A stretch of DNA of 64,000 nt from an uncultured Solirubrobacteraceae bacterium (GCA_964588985.1 CAZPQW010000001.1:160001-224000), one strand, 5' to 3'; counted from the first letter of the stretch, positions 42,878-51,824 are shown. Notes: generated by a model from the sequence alone, not told the origin. Translations and numbers: made by a program.

Positions 42878-43807
42878 TCAGTCCTCCGAGGTTCCGAAAA
42901 CCTCACTGCTTCCATGACGAACGCGGTGTCGTAGTGCGGACATCATCAGCAGGAGGCCAAATGGCAGGCCGTTCATGATGTAGCGCCGCGCGAGGCGACG
43001 TGTGGGTTCTTGGCTGAGGCGATACGCCCACTCCAGCCCGAGGCGGCAGATCCAGGCCGGTGGGCGCGACAGGTCCCCTGTCGCATAGCTGAGACTGATG
43101 CCCACGCCGAGGAACGATGCGCCTGGCAGGGAGCTGCGCAGGGAGCGAATCAGGAGATCCTGCTTCGGAAACCCAAGCGCCACGAACACGACATGGGGCG
43201 CCGTCTCGACGAGTTGACGCTGAATTCGGTGTAGCTCCTGCTCGTCGCTCTCAAAACCCACGGGAGGACAGGTCGTGCCCACGATGTCGAGATTTGGATA
43301 GCGGTCCTGGAAAACCTTCGCCGCTCGCTCGGCGACGCCGGAGTTGCCGCCGAGGAGAAAGAGCGTCTGCCCGCGGGCGCTCATCGCGTCGCACATGGAC
43401 CAGACCATGCTCGACCCGGACACGCGTTCCGGGAGCGGCGCGTCGGCGAGACGGCTCGCCCAGATCAGCGGCATCCCGTCGGCGACGACCATGTCGGCCT
43501 CGTCGATCAGGCTCTTGGCGATCGGTTCGCGACGGTAGCGGCGGAGATGATCGAGGTTTGCGGTGATCGTCCAATGCCCCAGGCCTGCATCGGCCGCGTC
43601 GAGGATCGTCCGCACCGCGGTCTCTTCGGTCACGACCGCTATCGGCGCTCCCATCAGGCGCACGTGCCGCTCGGGCCCGGCTGATACTTCATCGGTTGAG
43701 AATCCGGGTATCAAGGTCTGAGCCGTGGAAGGCGGGTCGCTGTTAGCACGCGGCGATGGCGATACGGTAGCCAGCGCACTGGAGGGGCGCCCCCGGCTTG
43801 TGAGCAT
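42878..43807 (-). CDS. WecB/TagA/CpsF family glycosyltransferase (GT26; start uncertain)
   Basis: TANLDH, VADGMP, ERVSGS, LGFPKQD, GLEWAYRL..EP.RL..RY. Confidence 0.92.
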   Translation of the reverse strand: MLTSRGRPSSALATVSPSPRANSDPPSTAQTLIPGFSTDEVSAGPERHVRLMGAPIAVVTEETAVRTILDAADAGLGHWTITANLDHLRRYRREPIAKSLIDEADMVVADGMPLIWASRLADAPLPERVSGSSMVWSMCDAMSARGQTLFLLGGNSGVAERAAKVFQDRYPNLDIVGTTCPPVGFESDEQELHRIQRQLVETAPHVVFVALGFPKQDLLIRSLRSSLPGASFLGVGISLSYATGDLSRPPAWICRLGLEWAYRLSQEPTRRLARRYIMNGLPFGLLLMMSALRHRVRHGSSEVFGTSED

Positions 43808-43899
43808 GCCTACGATCGTCTGCACGCTCCAGCGACTCAACCAGTGCGAAGATTCTTCCAGATTCCACGTGTGGAACCACTCTACGACCTAATCCGCAC

Positions 43900-44601
43900 C
43901 TATCGCGTCACGGTCGACGTCTGCCCCACCGGTTCCCCTCCCAGCGCCAGGATACCCATCCCCAGCCCTCGCTCCGGATCCAGGATCAGGCCCACCGCCT
44001 CGTTGCGGGAGCGCACGCCCAGCTTGCCGAACGCCGACGACAGGTGGCTCTTGACCGTGCTCTCCGCGAGGAACAGCTGTGCTGCGATCTGGCTGTTCAT
44101 ATAGCCCATCACGACCAGTCCCAGAATCTGCTTCTCCCGCGAGGAGAGAGCCGGCGGCTGGATCTGGCGCCAGTGGTCGCGCGGCACGCAGGCCTGGCCG
44201 GCCTGCACCGCCTGCAGGCATGGGCACAAAGCCGTGTCGATGTCGTCCAAGAGCACCACGCCGGCAGCTCCCGCGGCCAGGGCGGAGCGCACGGCCCAGC
44301 GCTCGATGTCGGCGCAGACGATCACGATCGGCGTCTGCACGAAGTGCTGTGCAAGCGGCTCGACGAGTCCCGCTGGCGCAGAGGCCGTGTCCGACCTCCA
44401 GAGCACGATCGCCGCGAGACACTGCCCTTCGCTCTCGTCGAGCAGTTCCTCCACGCTGTCGAAGACGGCGATCTCCAACGCCAGCCCGCTGAGGCTCTCC
44501 GCGATCCGCTCGCCCGGTCCGTCGCCGACGACCAGCGCCACCCGTCCTCGCGCTACCTCCGCGTTCGGCGCCTTCCGTGTCGCGATGTGGGTCCTGGACA
44601 C
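43900..44601 (-). CDS. LuxR-family regulator with degenerate receiver domain
   Basis: LSSREKQIL...N.QIA..LFLAESTVKSHLSSAFGKLGV HTH. Confidence 0.9.
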   Translation of the reverse strand: MSRTHIATRKAPNAEVARGRVALVVGDGPGERIAESLSGLALEIAVFDSVEELLDESEGQCLAAIVLWRSDTASAPAGLVEPLAQHFVQTPIVIVCADIERWAVRSALAAGAAGVVLLDDIDTALCPCLQAVQAGQACVPRDHWRQIQPPALSSREKQILGLVVMGYMNSQIAAQLFLAESTVKSHLSSAFGKLGVRSRNEAVGLILDPERGLGMGILALGGEPVGQTSTVTR

Positions 44602-44661
44602 AGATGACTAACGGTGGGCCTGCGCTCAGACTTGCGAAGCTCGAGCTCGAGCCCGCCGATC

Positions 44662-45285
44662 TCAGCCGATCTCAGGTAGAGACTCCTCCGGAGAGATGTG
44701 AAGGATGCCGGGGCCCAGGCCGCTCTCTCGGTCGAGGATCAGCTCGGCGGCCGCGCTGCGGGACTTCACGCCCAGCTTCTGAAACGCCGAGGAGAGGTGG
44801 TTCTTGACGTTGCTTTCGCTCACGAACAGCTTGCGTGCGATCTCGGCGTTGGAGAAGTCCAGGACGATCATCGCCAGGATCTGACGCTCGCGTGGCGACA
44901 GGGGAGGCCTGTCGACGATCTGTCGGATCGCCTTGGGCATCACGCACTGCCCGACCGCTACGGCCGCGAGCGTCGGCATCAGCGTGTGCTCGATGTCGGC
45001 GACCATCACCGCGCCCTCCAGGCGGGCGGCGAGAACGCGTGCGCCCCGCGGGCTGGGCGTGTCCTTCAGCACGACCACCAGGGGGCCGTTGTGCTCCTCG
45101 CGCACCGTCGAGAGGCTCGCGATCTCCTCTCCCGTCGCGCTCACCCAGCCGAGCAGCCCGATCTCGCTCGCGTCGGAGCTGCCGCGCTCGGCGTGGGTTG
45201 AGCCAGGTATGAGGGCCTGCACCGCGGGCCAGATCGTGGCTCCGTCCCCCAGCAGCGAGACGTGGTAGTCGGGAGAGCCGCTCAT
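44662..45285 (-). CDS. LuxR-family regulator with degenerate receiver domain (paralogue)
   Basis: LSPRERQIL...NAEIARKLFVSESNVKNHLSSAFQKLGV HTH. Confidence 0.9.
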   Translation of the reverse strand: MSGSPDYHVSLLGDGATIWPAVQALIPGSTHAERGSSDASEIGLLGWVSATGEEIASLSTVREEHNGPLVVVLKDTPSPRGARVLAARLEGAVMVADIEHTLMPTLAAVAVGQCVMPKAIRQIVDRPPLSPRERQILAMIVLDFSNAEIARKLFVSESNVKNHLSSAFQKLGVKSRSAAAELILDRESGLGPGILHISPEESLPEIG

Positions 45286-45330
45286 CTACTCATCAGCGGA
45301 CTTGTCTCCATGAGCAGAGGTCATTAAAGC

Positions 45331-45370
45331 GCACATGTCGGTCGGTCCCGCGGGACCGACCGACATGTGC
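45331..45370 (-). terminator. Perfect 40-bp palindrome downstream of the lasso precursor
   Basis: gcacatgtcggtcggtcccg|cgggaccgaccgacatgtgc, followed by gcTTTAAT on the minus strand. Confidence 0.75.
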
Positions 45371-45396
45371 CAAGGTCTATCCGTCCAGCTCGCAGC

Positions 45397-45549
45397 CTAC
45401 GGCGTGGAGAAGGTCAGATCCTTTTTCGGGGTGTGAATCGGGAAGGCGGCGTCGGTCGATTCGCCTTCGTGACTACCCGCGGTGAGTTCCGCGAGGTCCC
45501 CGTGATCCTCGATCCTGGGGCTCTCGTACGTGGGGGTGTCCTTCTCCAT
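45397..45549 (-). CDS. Lasso peptide precursor (50 aa, absent from ORF track)
   Basis: Manual translation: MEKDTPTYESPRIEDHGDLAELTA-GSHEGESTDAAFPIHTPKKDLTFSTP. YxxP leader motif, Thr at -2, core Gly1/Asp9, AAGGAAGG SD; lies directly downstream of the cyclase. Confidence 0.93.
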   Translation of the reverse strand: MEKDTPTYESPRIEDHGDLAELTAGSHEGESTDAAFPIHTPKKDLTFSTP

Positions 45550-45641
45550 GAGCTTCCTTCCTTAGGTAGGTAAGAGGGGGAATGATAGGGACGCTCCCGT
45601 GGAGCGCAAGACCCGAAAAAGTACCGGGTCCGAATTTGCTC

Positions 45642-47465
45642 CTATCCGCGACGCGCAGCCCCTTCGAGCAGTTCGCACGGATACTCCGGGCGCTCGAGCG
45701 CCCGGAGCCACGCGTCGGCCAGGCCGACGTGCCACAGTCGGCGAGCGGCCCGACTGTCGCGAGGATTCGAACCTTCCCGCAAGAGCTGCTCCAGGGTCTC
45801 GGCTCGGACGAACGCGCGCACCGGCGCATCGTCGCGGGCTGGGCCGTCGGCGAGCAGGGTTCCGTCGGCTGCGAGCCCGGCGGGCAGCAGCGCGGTGAAG
45901 AAGCTCTTCGCGTGGCGGGTGCGTATCGCCTCGGGGATGTGGCCGGCGAGCGCGTCGCGCAGCAGCGCGCGGTCGCGAACCGGGTCGAACTGCATCTGAG
46001 GGGGAGTGGAGAGCACCGTGCGCAGCAGATCGACGTCGAACTGGAAGGGATGGCGTCCATCGACCCGCTCGTCGATCGCCTCGCGGCGAAAGTGGGCCGA
46101 CACGCCGAGTTTCTCGCCCGCCTCGGTCAGGTCCTCCGCCAGCGATCGCCACCACACAGGGCCGTCGAGCCGTGTTCCCCGCTGGTCGTCCACAAGCTCG
46201 AGGAGGGCCGATGCGTCGGTGGGCAGCAGCAGCGATCCCGGCGAGCCGGCGGCTCTCGGGCGCCGTTTCAGGCCCGCGGGCACCAGGCGGCGGACGCCGT
46301 ACACGCGAAGCGCTCGTAGGCGCATGCGCACGTCCGCCTCGGCCCCGACTTCCGGGATGCGCCGGGTGAGCCTCCAGGCCGCGAGCGCCCTCCCGCCGCG
46401 CAGCATGTCGGCGATCAGATAGGGCGCGAATCCGAACAGCTCATCGCCTCCCTCGCCGTCGAGCATAACGTCCACGCCGAGCCGGCGGGCGCTCGCCAGC
46501 AGCGGCTTCCACACGAACAGGTTCGGCGTGGCCGGCGGAAGCTTCCAGCGATCGATGTGCTCGAGCGCCGGCGCCAGGATCGAGGCTCGATCGTCGAAGG
46601 GAACCAGCTCGACGGGCATGCCGGTGTGACGCGCCGTCGCCTCGATCAAATCCCGCTCGTCGGTCTCGGGGTGGGTGGGGAAGATCGCGCCGAGCGCGAG
46701 CGCTCGACTCACGGAGCCCTTCCGCGCCGCGAGCCCCGCCGCCACGCAGGCCGAGTCGAGGCCGCCGCTGAGACGCACCGCGGGCTGGTGCGCTCCCTGG
46801 GCCGCTCGCTGCACCGCGTCAAACGCCGCGGTGCGCAGACGTTCGGCCGCCTCCTCCCGCGATCCGGAGACGACGCCCTCGTAACAGGGGCGCCAGTAGG
46901 GCTCGATCGTCATCCCGTCCACGGCGAGTAGGACCCTGTGTGCCGGTGGGATGCGCGCGATGCCCTCGAACATGCTGCGCCCGGCGGGGACGCTGCCGCG
47001 CTCGATCCACTGCGCCAGCGCCAGACGATCGGGTCCGGGGGCGCTCGGCAGCAGATCCACGATGACGCGCTCGTGTTCTGCGAACAGAGCTCCGCCGCCC
47101 ATGCGAGCCTGCACCAGCGGCCGGCCGCCGAGCTGGTCGCGCACGATCGTCGCGACCCCGCGTTCGCCGTCGTAGGTCACCACGACGAACTCCCCGCGAA
47201 GGAGCTCGCAGGCGCCTGGGCCGAGCCGCGCGTGCGCTCGAGCGATCACAGCGGGCACCCCCGCGGTGGGGGGCAGGCCGAACCGGTCGCGCAGCGCGTC
47301 CGCGTTGCTCAGCCGTCCGGAGATCCAGCAGCGCCAGCTTCCGTCGACGTCGCCCTCGGCGCCCACGACCGCCAGCTGCCCGACGCGCTCGGGCGTATCG
47401 CCGGCACGCCTCGCGCCAAGCTCGAGCAGCTCGACCGATCGCTCGCCCCACGCTGCCGCGAACAT
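45642..47465 (-). CDS. Lasso peptide cyclase (asparagine synthetase-like, C protein)
   Basis: RDQLG, LSGGLDS, DGEGGDELFG; lacks the N-terminal catalytic Cys of true AsnB. Confidence 0.9.
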   Translation of the reverse strand: MFAAAWGERSVELLELGARRAGDTPERVGQLAVVGAEGDVDGSWRCWISGRLSNADALRDRFGLPPTAGVPAVIARAHARLGPGACELLRGEFVVVTYDGERGVATIVRDQLGGRPLVQARMGGGALFAEHERVIVDLLPSAPGPDRLALAQWIERGSVPAGRSMFEGIARIPPAHRVLLAVDGMTIEPYWRPCYEGVVSGSREEAAERLRTAAFDAVQRAAQGAHQPAVRLSGGLDSACVAAGLAARKGSVSRALALGAIFPTHPETDERDLIEATARHTGMPVELVPFDDRASILAPALEHIDRWKLPPATPNLFVWKPLLASARRLGVDVMLDGEGGDELFGFAPYLIADMLRGGRALAAWRLTRRIPEVGAEADVRMRLRALRVYGVRRLVPAGLKRRPRAAGSPGSLLLPTDASALLELVDDQRGTRLDGPVWWRSLAEDLTEAGEKLGVSAHFRREAIDERVDGRHPFQFDVDLLRTVLSTPPQMQFDPVRDRALLRDALAGHIPEAIRTRHAKSFFTALLPAGLAADGTLLADGPARDDAPVRAFVRAETLEQLLREGSNPRDSRAARRLWHVGLADAWLRALERPEYPCELLEGAARRG

Positions 47466-47469
47466 CGAT

Positions 47470-48504
47470 TCAGAGTTCCAGCGTGTGCTCGATGAGATTG
47501 TCGGCCAGCTGCGTGGCGTTCACGTCGGGCTGGACGCGCAGGCGGTAGATCCGCTCCGTGGCGGCAAGGGCGACCGCCAGGTCGAGATGGCGGACGAGGC
47601 GCTCGGGTGTGCGCACGGACAGGTTGAAGGTGCTCGCGAGCAGCGCGAAGGGGTCGACCGCGTCGATGCGCTCGACGAGAGGGCCATCCGCGGAGCGCTC
47701 CAGCAGGAACAGCTCGCCGAATGGCGCCGGCGACGCGTTCAGGCTGGGGCTGTAGCGCTGCTTGCCGAGGAAGCTCGTGGCGGGGCCGAGGGCCGTGCGC
47801 TCCCGCGTCGAGAGACGATCGTGCTCGGCGGCGCGCAGTTGCAGCAGGGCCGCGCCCGGATGGGCCAGCAGCTCGGGGCCGCACTGCTCGAGCGCCACCG
47901 TGTCGTCGCTCAGCAGCGTCGCTCCGTGGCGCAGCAGGGCCGCCGCCAGCGAGGACTTGCCGGCCCCGGGCGGACCCGTGAACAGCGCCGCCCTGCCTCG
48001 CAGCACCACGCCCGAGGCGTGCAGCACCTCGAACCCCCTCAGGGTCGCCGCAAGCGGCAGGGCCTGGGCGGTGAGGAGGGCGGTCCACTCCGAGCTTCCA
48101 TCCTCCGGGTCGCAGATCACCTCGGTCCCGTCCAGGGCGATAAGGATCCGCGCGAATCCCGGCGCATGCAGGAGGTAGCCGGCGGGAGGAGCGAAATCGA
48201 CGGTGAGCAGTACCGCGTCCCCGTCGCGCAGCTCGCGCACGCGTCCGGCCGCGTGCGCGGCGACGCTCCAGCGTCGCGAGAGCTCTCGCGGATCGAGCCT
48301 CACACGCGTCGATGGCCGCGAGTCGCAAGGAGAGGCCGGGTGCCCAGGGGCGGGAGCGTCCGGGTCGCGGGCGCCGTTAGCATCGAGCTGAGCGATGCCG
48401 GGGATATCGATGCTGGGGTCGACTTCGAGTCGAAGGCCAAACGCGGCGCCGTGGGCCGCTTGCTCGCGGACCGGGCTGTCGGGCGCCTCAGGCTCGATCT
48501 GCAT
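47470..48504 (-). CDS. HPr kinase-like P-loop kinase (lasso peptide kinase family) 1
   Basis: VLHAS, GPPGAGKSS, LLSDD. Confidence 0.85.
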   Translation of the reverse strand: MQIEPEAPDSPVREQAAHGAAFGLRLEVDPSIDIPGIAQLDANGARDPDAPAPGHPASPCDSRPSTRVRLDPRELSRRWSVAAHAAGRVRELRDGDAVLLTVDFAPPAGYLLHAPGFARILIALDGTEVICDPEDGSSEWTALLTAQALPLAATLRGFEVLHASGVVLRGRAALFTGPPGAGKSSLAAALLRHGATLLSDDTVALEQCGPELLAHPGAALLQLRAAEHDRLSTRERTALGPATSFLGKQRYSPSLNASPAPFGELFLLERSADGPLVERIDAVDPFALLASTFNLSVRTPERLVRHLDLAVALAATERIYRLRVQPDVNATQLADNLIEHTLEL

Positions 48505-48826
48505 CCACCGTCTCGATCAGCCCGCGCTCGAGCAGCCCACGGGTGAGGGCGAGCAGATCGCTCTGGATCTGCTTCTGCTCGAGGCCGTACTCGCCGGCGA
48601 GCACAGGCGCCGCGTCACCGATCGTGGACGCCGCCTCGAGCGCCTCGAGCATCCTGCCCGCGGTGGGGTTCAGTCCGTGGTATCTGCCCGTCCTGAGGTT
48701 GAGGACGACCGTCTCCGAGACGAAGCTGCGATGGACGACGTGCTGGGGCAGCCGCGCTCGCGCTTGCAGGAGCTGTTGGTCGGAAAGCTGGGACATGGTC
48801 GTGGTATCGACGTTTTTGTCGGTCAT
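48488..48826 (-). CDS. PqqD-family RiPP recognition element (lasso B1/E)
   Basis: ETVVLNLRTGRYHGLNPTA...L..EY...D...L...LLERGLI. Confidence 0.92.
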   Translation of the reverse strand: MTDKNVDTTTMSQLSDQQLLQARARLPQHVVHRSFVSETVVLNLRTGRYHGLNPTAGRMLEALEAASTIGDAAPVLAGEYGLEQKQIQSDLLALTRGLLERGLIETVDADRA

Positions 48827-48827
48827 C

Positions 48828-49637
48828 TCAATACTCGGCAATCGTTCCGGAGCGTTGACCGTAGCGAATCGATGCGCGCAGCAGCATGAGGCCGGCGGGT
48901 AGCAACACGGCGCAGAAGCCCACCAGCTTGAGCAGCTCCACCCCCGCGGGGTGAACCAGCGGTGTGTCGATCAGCAGGTGGCGCAGCAGATCGGTCGCCG
49001 GTGTGAACGGCTGCACGTCGGACGCCCAGCGAATCCACCCCGGCAGCACGGCGGTCGGGAAGTACAGTCCGCCGACGATCGCAACGCCGGCGACGATGAA
49101 CTGGGTCGCGCTGGATGCCTGCTTGAACGCCATCACCAGCGCCACGAGGAAGAACGCGAACGGCATGAATGCGAGCGTGCCGAGCAGCGCCACCGGAATC
49201 GCGAGCACCGCTGTGCTCGCCAGGGGAAGCCCGAATATCACCGCGGCCAGTGTGAGCATCAGGATGCCGCTGAAGAACGCGTTGATGAGGGGAAACAGCA
49301 TCGTGCCGAGTATCCCGTTGATCGGCCCGTGGGCACTCACGAGGAAACGCTCGATCGTGCCCGAGATGAGTTCCTGTCGCACCGTCACCGGCATCACGCC
49401 CATGGATATGGTGAGGATCTGGACGATCACCAGGCCCACGATCACGAACCCGAAATAGCCGCCCGGAGAGTGAATGCTCCTGGCGGTGACGAGATGGCTG
49501 ATGTAGTAGAAGAGGGTGATCGAGAACAGCGGGCCGAGGAACTGCGCGACGAGCTGGCTGCGGTAGCTGGCGAACAGGATCGCGTCGCGGCGGATGATCC
49601 CCCACATGGCTTCGCACCACAGGGCCACAGGACTCAT
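48828..49637 (-). CDS. ABC-2 type exporter permease
   Basis: About 6 TM segments; E..SGTIE, GLYFP..VLPGW..P.T. ATGA overlap. Confidence 0.88.
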   Translation of the reverse strand: MSPVALWCEAMWGIIRRDAILFASYRSQLVAQFLGPLFSITLFYYISHLVTARSIHSPGGYFGFVIVGLVIVQILTISMGVMPVTVRQELISGTIERFLVSAHGPINGILGTMLFPLINAFFSGILMLTLAAVIFGLPLASTAVLAIPVALLGTLAFMPFAFFLVALVMAFKQASSATQFIVAGVAIVGGLYFPTAVLPGWIRWASDVQPFTPATDLLRHLLIDTPLVHPAGVELLKLVGFCAVLLPAGLMLLRASIRYGQRSGTIAEY

Positions 49638-50371
49638 TGGATTTGCTCCAGGCAGCCCTCGGTGAGGGTGTAGCTGGCGTCGCACGCGATCACGCGATCC
49701 TCGCCTCGCGGCGAGCACCACAGCACCGTCGAGCCGCGGCTCGACGCCCGCGCGATCTGCTCGTTGAGCAGCCGGTAGCCATCGTCGTCGAGCGAGTTGC
49801 GCGGCTCGTCGAGCAACACCACCCGAGGTTCGTGCAGGAACGCCATCGCCAGCCGGATGCGCTGGCGCTGGCCCATCGACATGCGGTCCACGCGGCGTGT
49901 GGCGAACTCCATAAGTCCGAATCGTTGCAGACTGTCGGCAACCAGCTCGGCGCGTCGCTCGCGGGGCACATAGGCCAGCCGGCCCCAGTAGTCGAGCTGC
50001 TGAGAGACGCGCATGCGCGCCTGTAGGCCACGGTCGCCCGCCGACAGAAAGCCGATCTGGCGTCGGTAGAGGCCCCCCCTCGATGCCGGCGTGAGCTCGC
50101 CGATGCGTACGGTCCCTCGCTGTGGCAGCAGGATCCCGGCGGCGAGCCGCAGCAGTGTGGTCTTGCCGACGCCGTTGCGACCGCCGACCCACGTGACCTC
50201 GCCCGCGCGCAGGGTCAGGCTGACGTCGTCCAGCACCGGCGGCTTGGGGCCCTTCCACCGGTGGTGCAGACCCTCGAGCTCGAGGATCGGCTCGCCCGCG
50301 CCGGCGGCGGGCGGCGGATCGGAAAACGGGGCTGACACCGAGGAAGCGGACATCGAAGGAGAGCTTTTCAC
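49634..50371 (-). CDS. ABC transporter ATP-binding subunit
   Basis: GRNGVGKT, MSMGQRQR, LLDEP. Confidence 0.9.
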   Translation of the reverse strand: MKSSPSMSASSVSAPFSDPPPAAGAGEPILELEGLHHRWKGPKPPVLDDVSLTLRAGEVTWVGGRNGVGKTTLLRLAAGILLPQRGTVRIGELTPASRGGLYRRQIGFLSAGDRGLQARMRVSQQLDYWGRLAYVPRERRAELVADSLQRFGLMEFATRRVDRMSMGQRQRIRLAMAFLHEPRVVLLDEPRNSLDDDGYRLLNEQIARASSRGSTVLWCSPRGEDRVIACDASYTLTEGCLEQIQ

Positions 50372-51339
50372 AGCTCAGCCGCCAGGAGCGTGTCTGCGAG
50401 GACGCTAGGGGGGGTGTCGAGGTTGGCCGACAGTCGCCACAGCTCCACGCTCGAGGCGATCGTGCTCGCGAGCTCGAACCGCGCTCGCTCGCGCTCGGGG
50501 AGGCGGGGGAAGCGCAGCAGCGAGTCCAGCAGCGGGCCCAGCTGGCTCTCGATCCTCTCCAGCGACGGCAGCGCCCCGGCCCCCTGCGATTCGGGCCGTC
50601 GGTCGAGCACGACCAGCGCCTTCAGCGGCAGCGGCTCGGGGTGCACTGGAACCGCGATCCAGCGCTCGTCGCCGATCGAGAGGATCGTCGCTCGGGGGTC
50701 GGCGTCATCACGCGCGCGAATCCCATCGGCGGGGACGGTCATCAGCGGGGGAGCAGGATGGGCGAGAGGGGCCTGGGCTCCACGGGGCTCCAGCACGAGC
50801 ACGTCGTCCGCCATCAGCGCCAGCCCGCGCCCGAGGAGCTCCGCGAGCAGGGTGCTCTTGCCGCCGCCGGTCGCCGCGGCGATCGCGATCGCGCCGTCAG
50901 GTGTGGCGATCGCGCCCGCGTGCAGCGCCTCATAGCCCCGCAGCAGCGCGACCGTGAACAGCGCCGAGTCGAGCACCACCCGCCACCACGAGGGATCGGC
51001 GGGGTCCGACGGTGCGCACCGCAGCACGCTCGCGTCGGCCCGGAGGTGGTGGACCGCTCGGGTCTGCGCCGACGGGACGCCGCTGGGATCAGGTGGCGCG
51101 CCGTGCACGAAGCGATGATCCCCCTCGGCTCCTCGCTCCACCACGAATGGGGCGCCGTCGATCTCGCCCGCCCAGCCGACCGCCTCGAAGCCGGACCAGC
51201 TCTCCTGGATGGCCTGGGGGGTGACGGACAGGAGCCGCAGTTCGGGCTCCTCGCGCAGGGGTCGTGCCTGCCACGCGCCCGGGGGGGGCGCATCGCTTCG
51301 TAGGCTGAGGCCGAACGCGGCCAGGCCCGGCTGGGGCAC
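50368..51339 (-). CDS. HPr kinase-like P-loop kinase 2 (start uncertain)
   Basis: ALHAG, ATGGGKST, LMADD; N-terminal AFGL segment as in kinase 1. Confidence 0.83.
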   Translation of the reverse strand: MPQPGLAAFGLSLRSDAPPPGAWQARPLREEPELRLLSVTPQAIQESWSGFEAVGWAGEIDGAPFVVERGAEGDHRFVHGAPPDPSGVPSAQTRAVHHLRADASVLRCAPSDPADPSWWRVVLDSALFTVALLRGYEALHAGAIATPDGAIAIAAATGGGKSTLLAELLGRGLALMADDVLVLEPRGAQAPLAHPAPPLMTVPADGIRARDDADPRATILSIGDERWIAVPVHPEPLPLKALVVLDRRPESQGAGALPSLERIESQLGPLLDSLLRFPRLPERERARFELASTIASSVELWRLSANLDTPPSVLADTLLAAEL

Positions 51340-51347
51340 TGCGTGCG

Positions 51348-51824
51348 TCAGAGCTCGACCAGTCGGCCGAAGGACTCCGTGCCGGGGTCCAGCACCGCGA
51401 TTCCGTCGTGCTCGACCCACGCGTGCGCGAGGAACTCCGGATCCGCCTGCGCTCCGATCACCAGCTTCGCCTCTATGCCGCGCCTGGCGAGCAGACGTGT
51501 CAGCACGAGCGAGCGGGCCAGGCAGCGGGTGTCTCCGGGGACGTGCGCGAGCAGACGCGTCACCGCATGACCGAGACGGTAGGCCTCCGCGAGCGAGTTC
51601 GTGGCCGAAGGCGCGGTCGACGGCGATCGCGAGCGCAGGGCGGCCACAACGTCGGCGATCGGGGCGCGGCGCAGCGTGCGTCGCGCCTGCACGTATGCCG
51701 CGAGTATCTCGATCGCGAGTCGCGCGCGGGCCGGGTGGCTCAGGCGCTTTGGGCGTGCGCTGCGGGCTGCTGCGATCGTCGGGACCGCAGCAGCGCAGCG
51801 AGGCTCAGGGCTTGGGACTGCCAT
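51348..51824 (-). CDS. Lasso peptide B2 leader peptidase (transglutaminase-like)
   Basis: TRCLARSL (catalytic Cys), LVIG, AHAWVE. Confidence 0.92.
   Translation of the reverse strand: MAVPSPEPRCAAAVPTIAAARSARPKRLSHPARARLAIEILAAYVQARRTLRRAPIADVVAALRSRSPSTAPSATNSLAEAYRLGHAVTRLLAHVPGDTRCLARSLVLTRLLARRGIEAKLVIGAQADPEFLAHAWVEHDGIAVLDPGTESFGRLVEL

Noticed and set aside
45642-47465. Housekeeping asparagine synthetase or glycan amidotransferase
   Set aside because: No N-terminal catalytic Cys, and it is flanked by an RRE, B2 and a valid precursor, so lasso cyclase fits better.
48488-48826. PQQ biosynthesis
   Set aside because: No pqqB/C/E nearby. The PqqD fold here serves as the lasso RRE.
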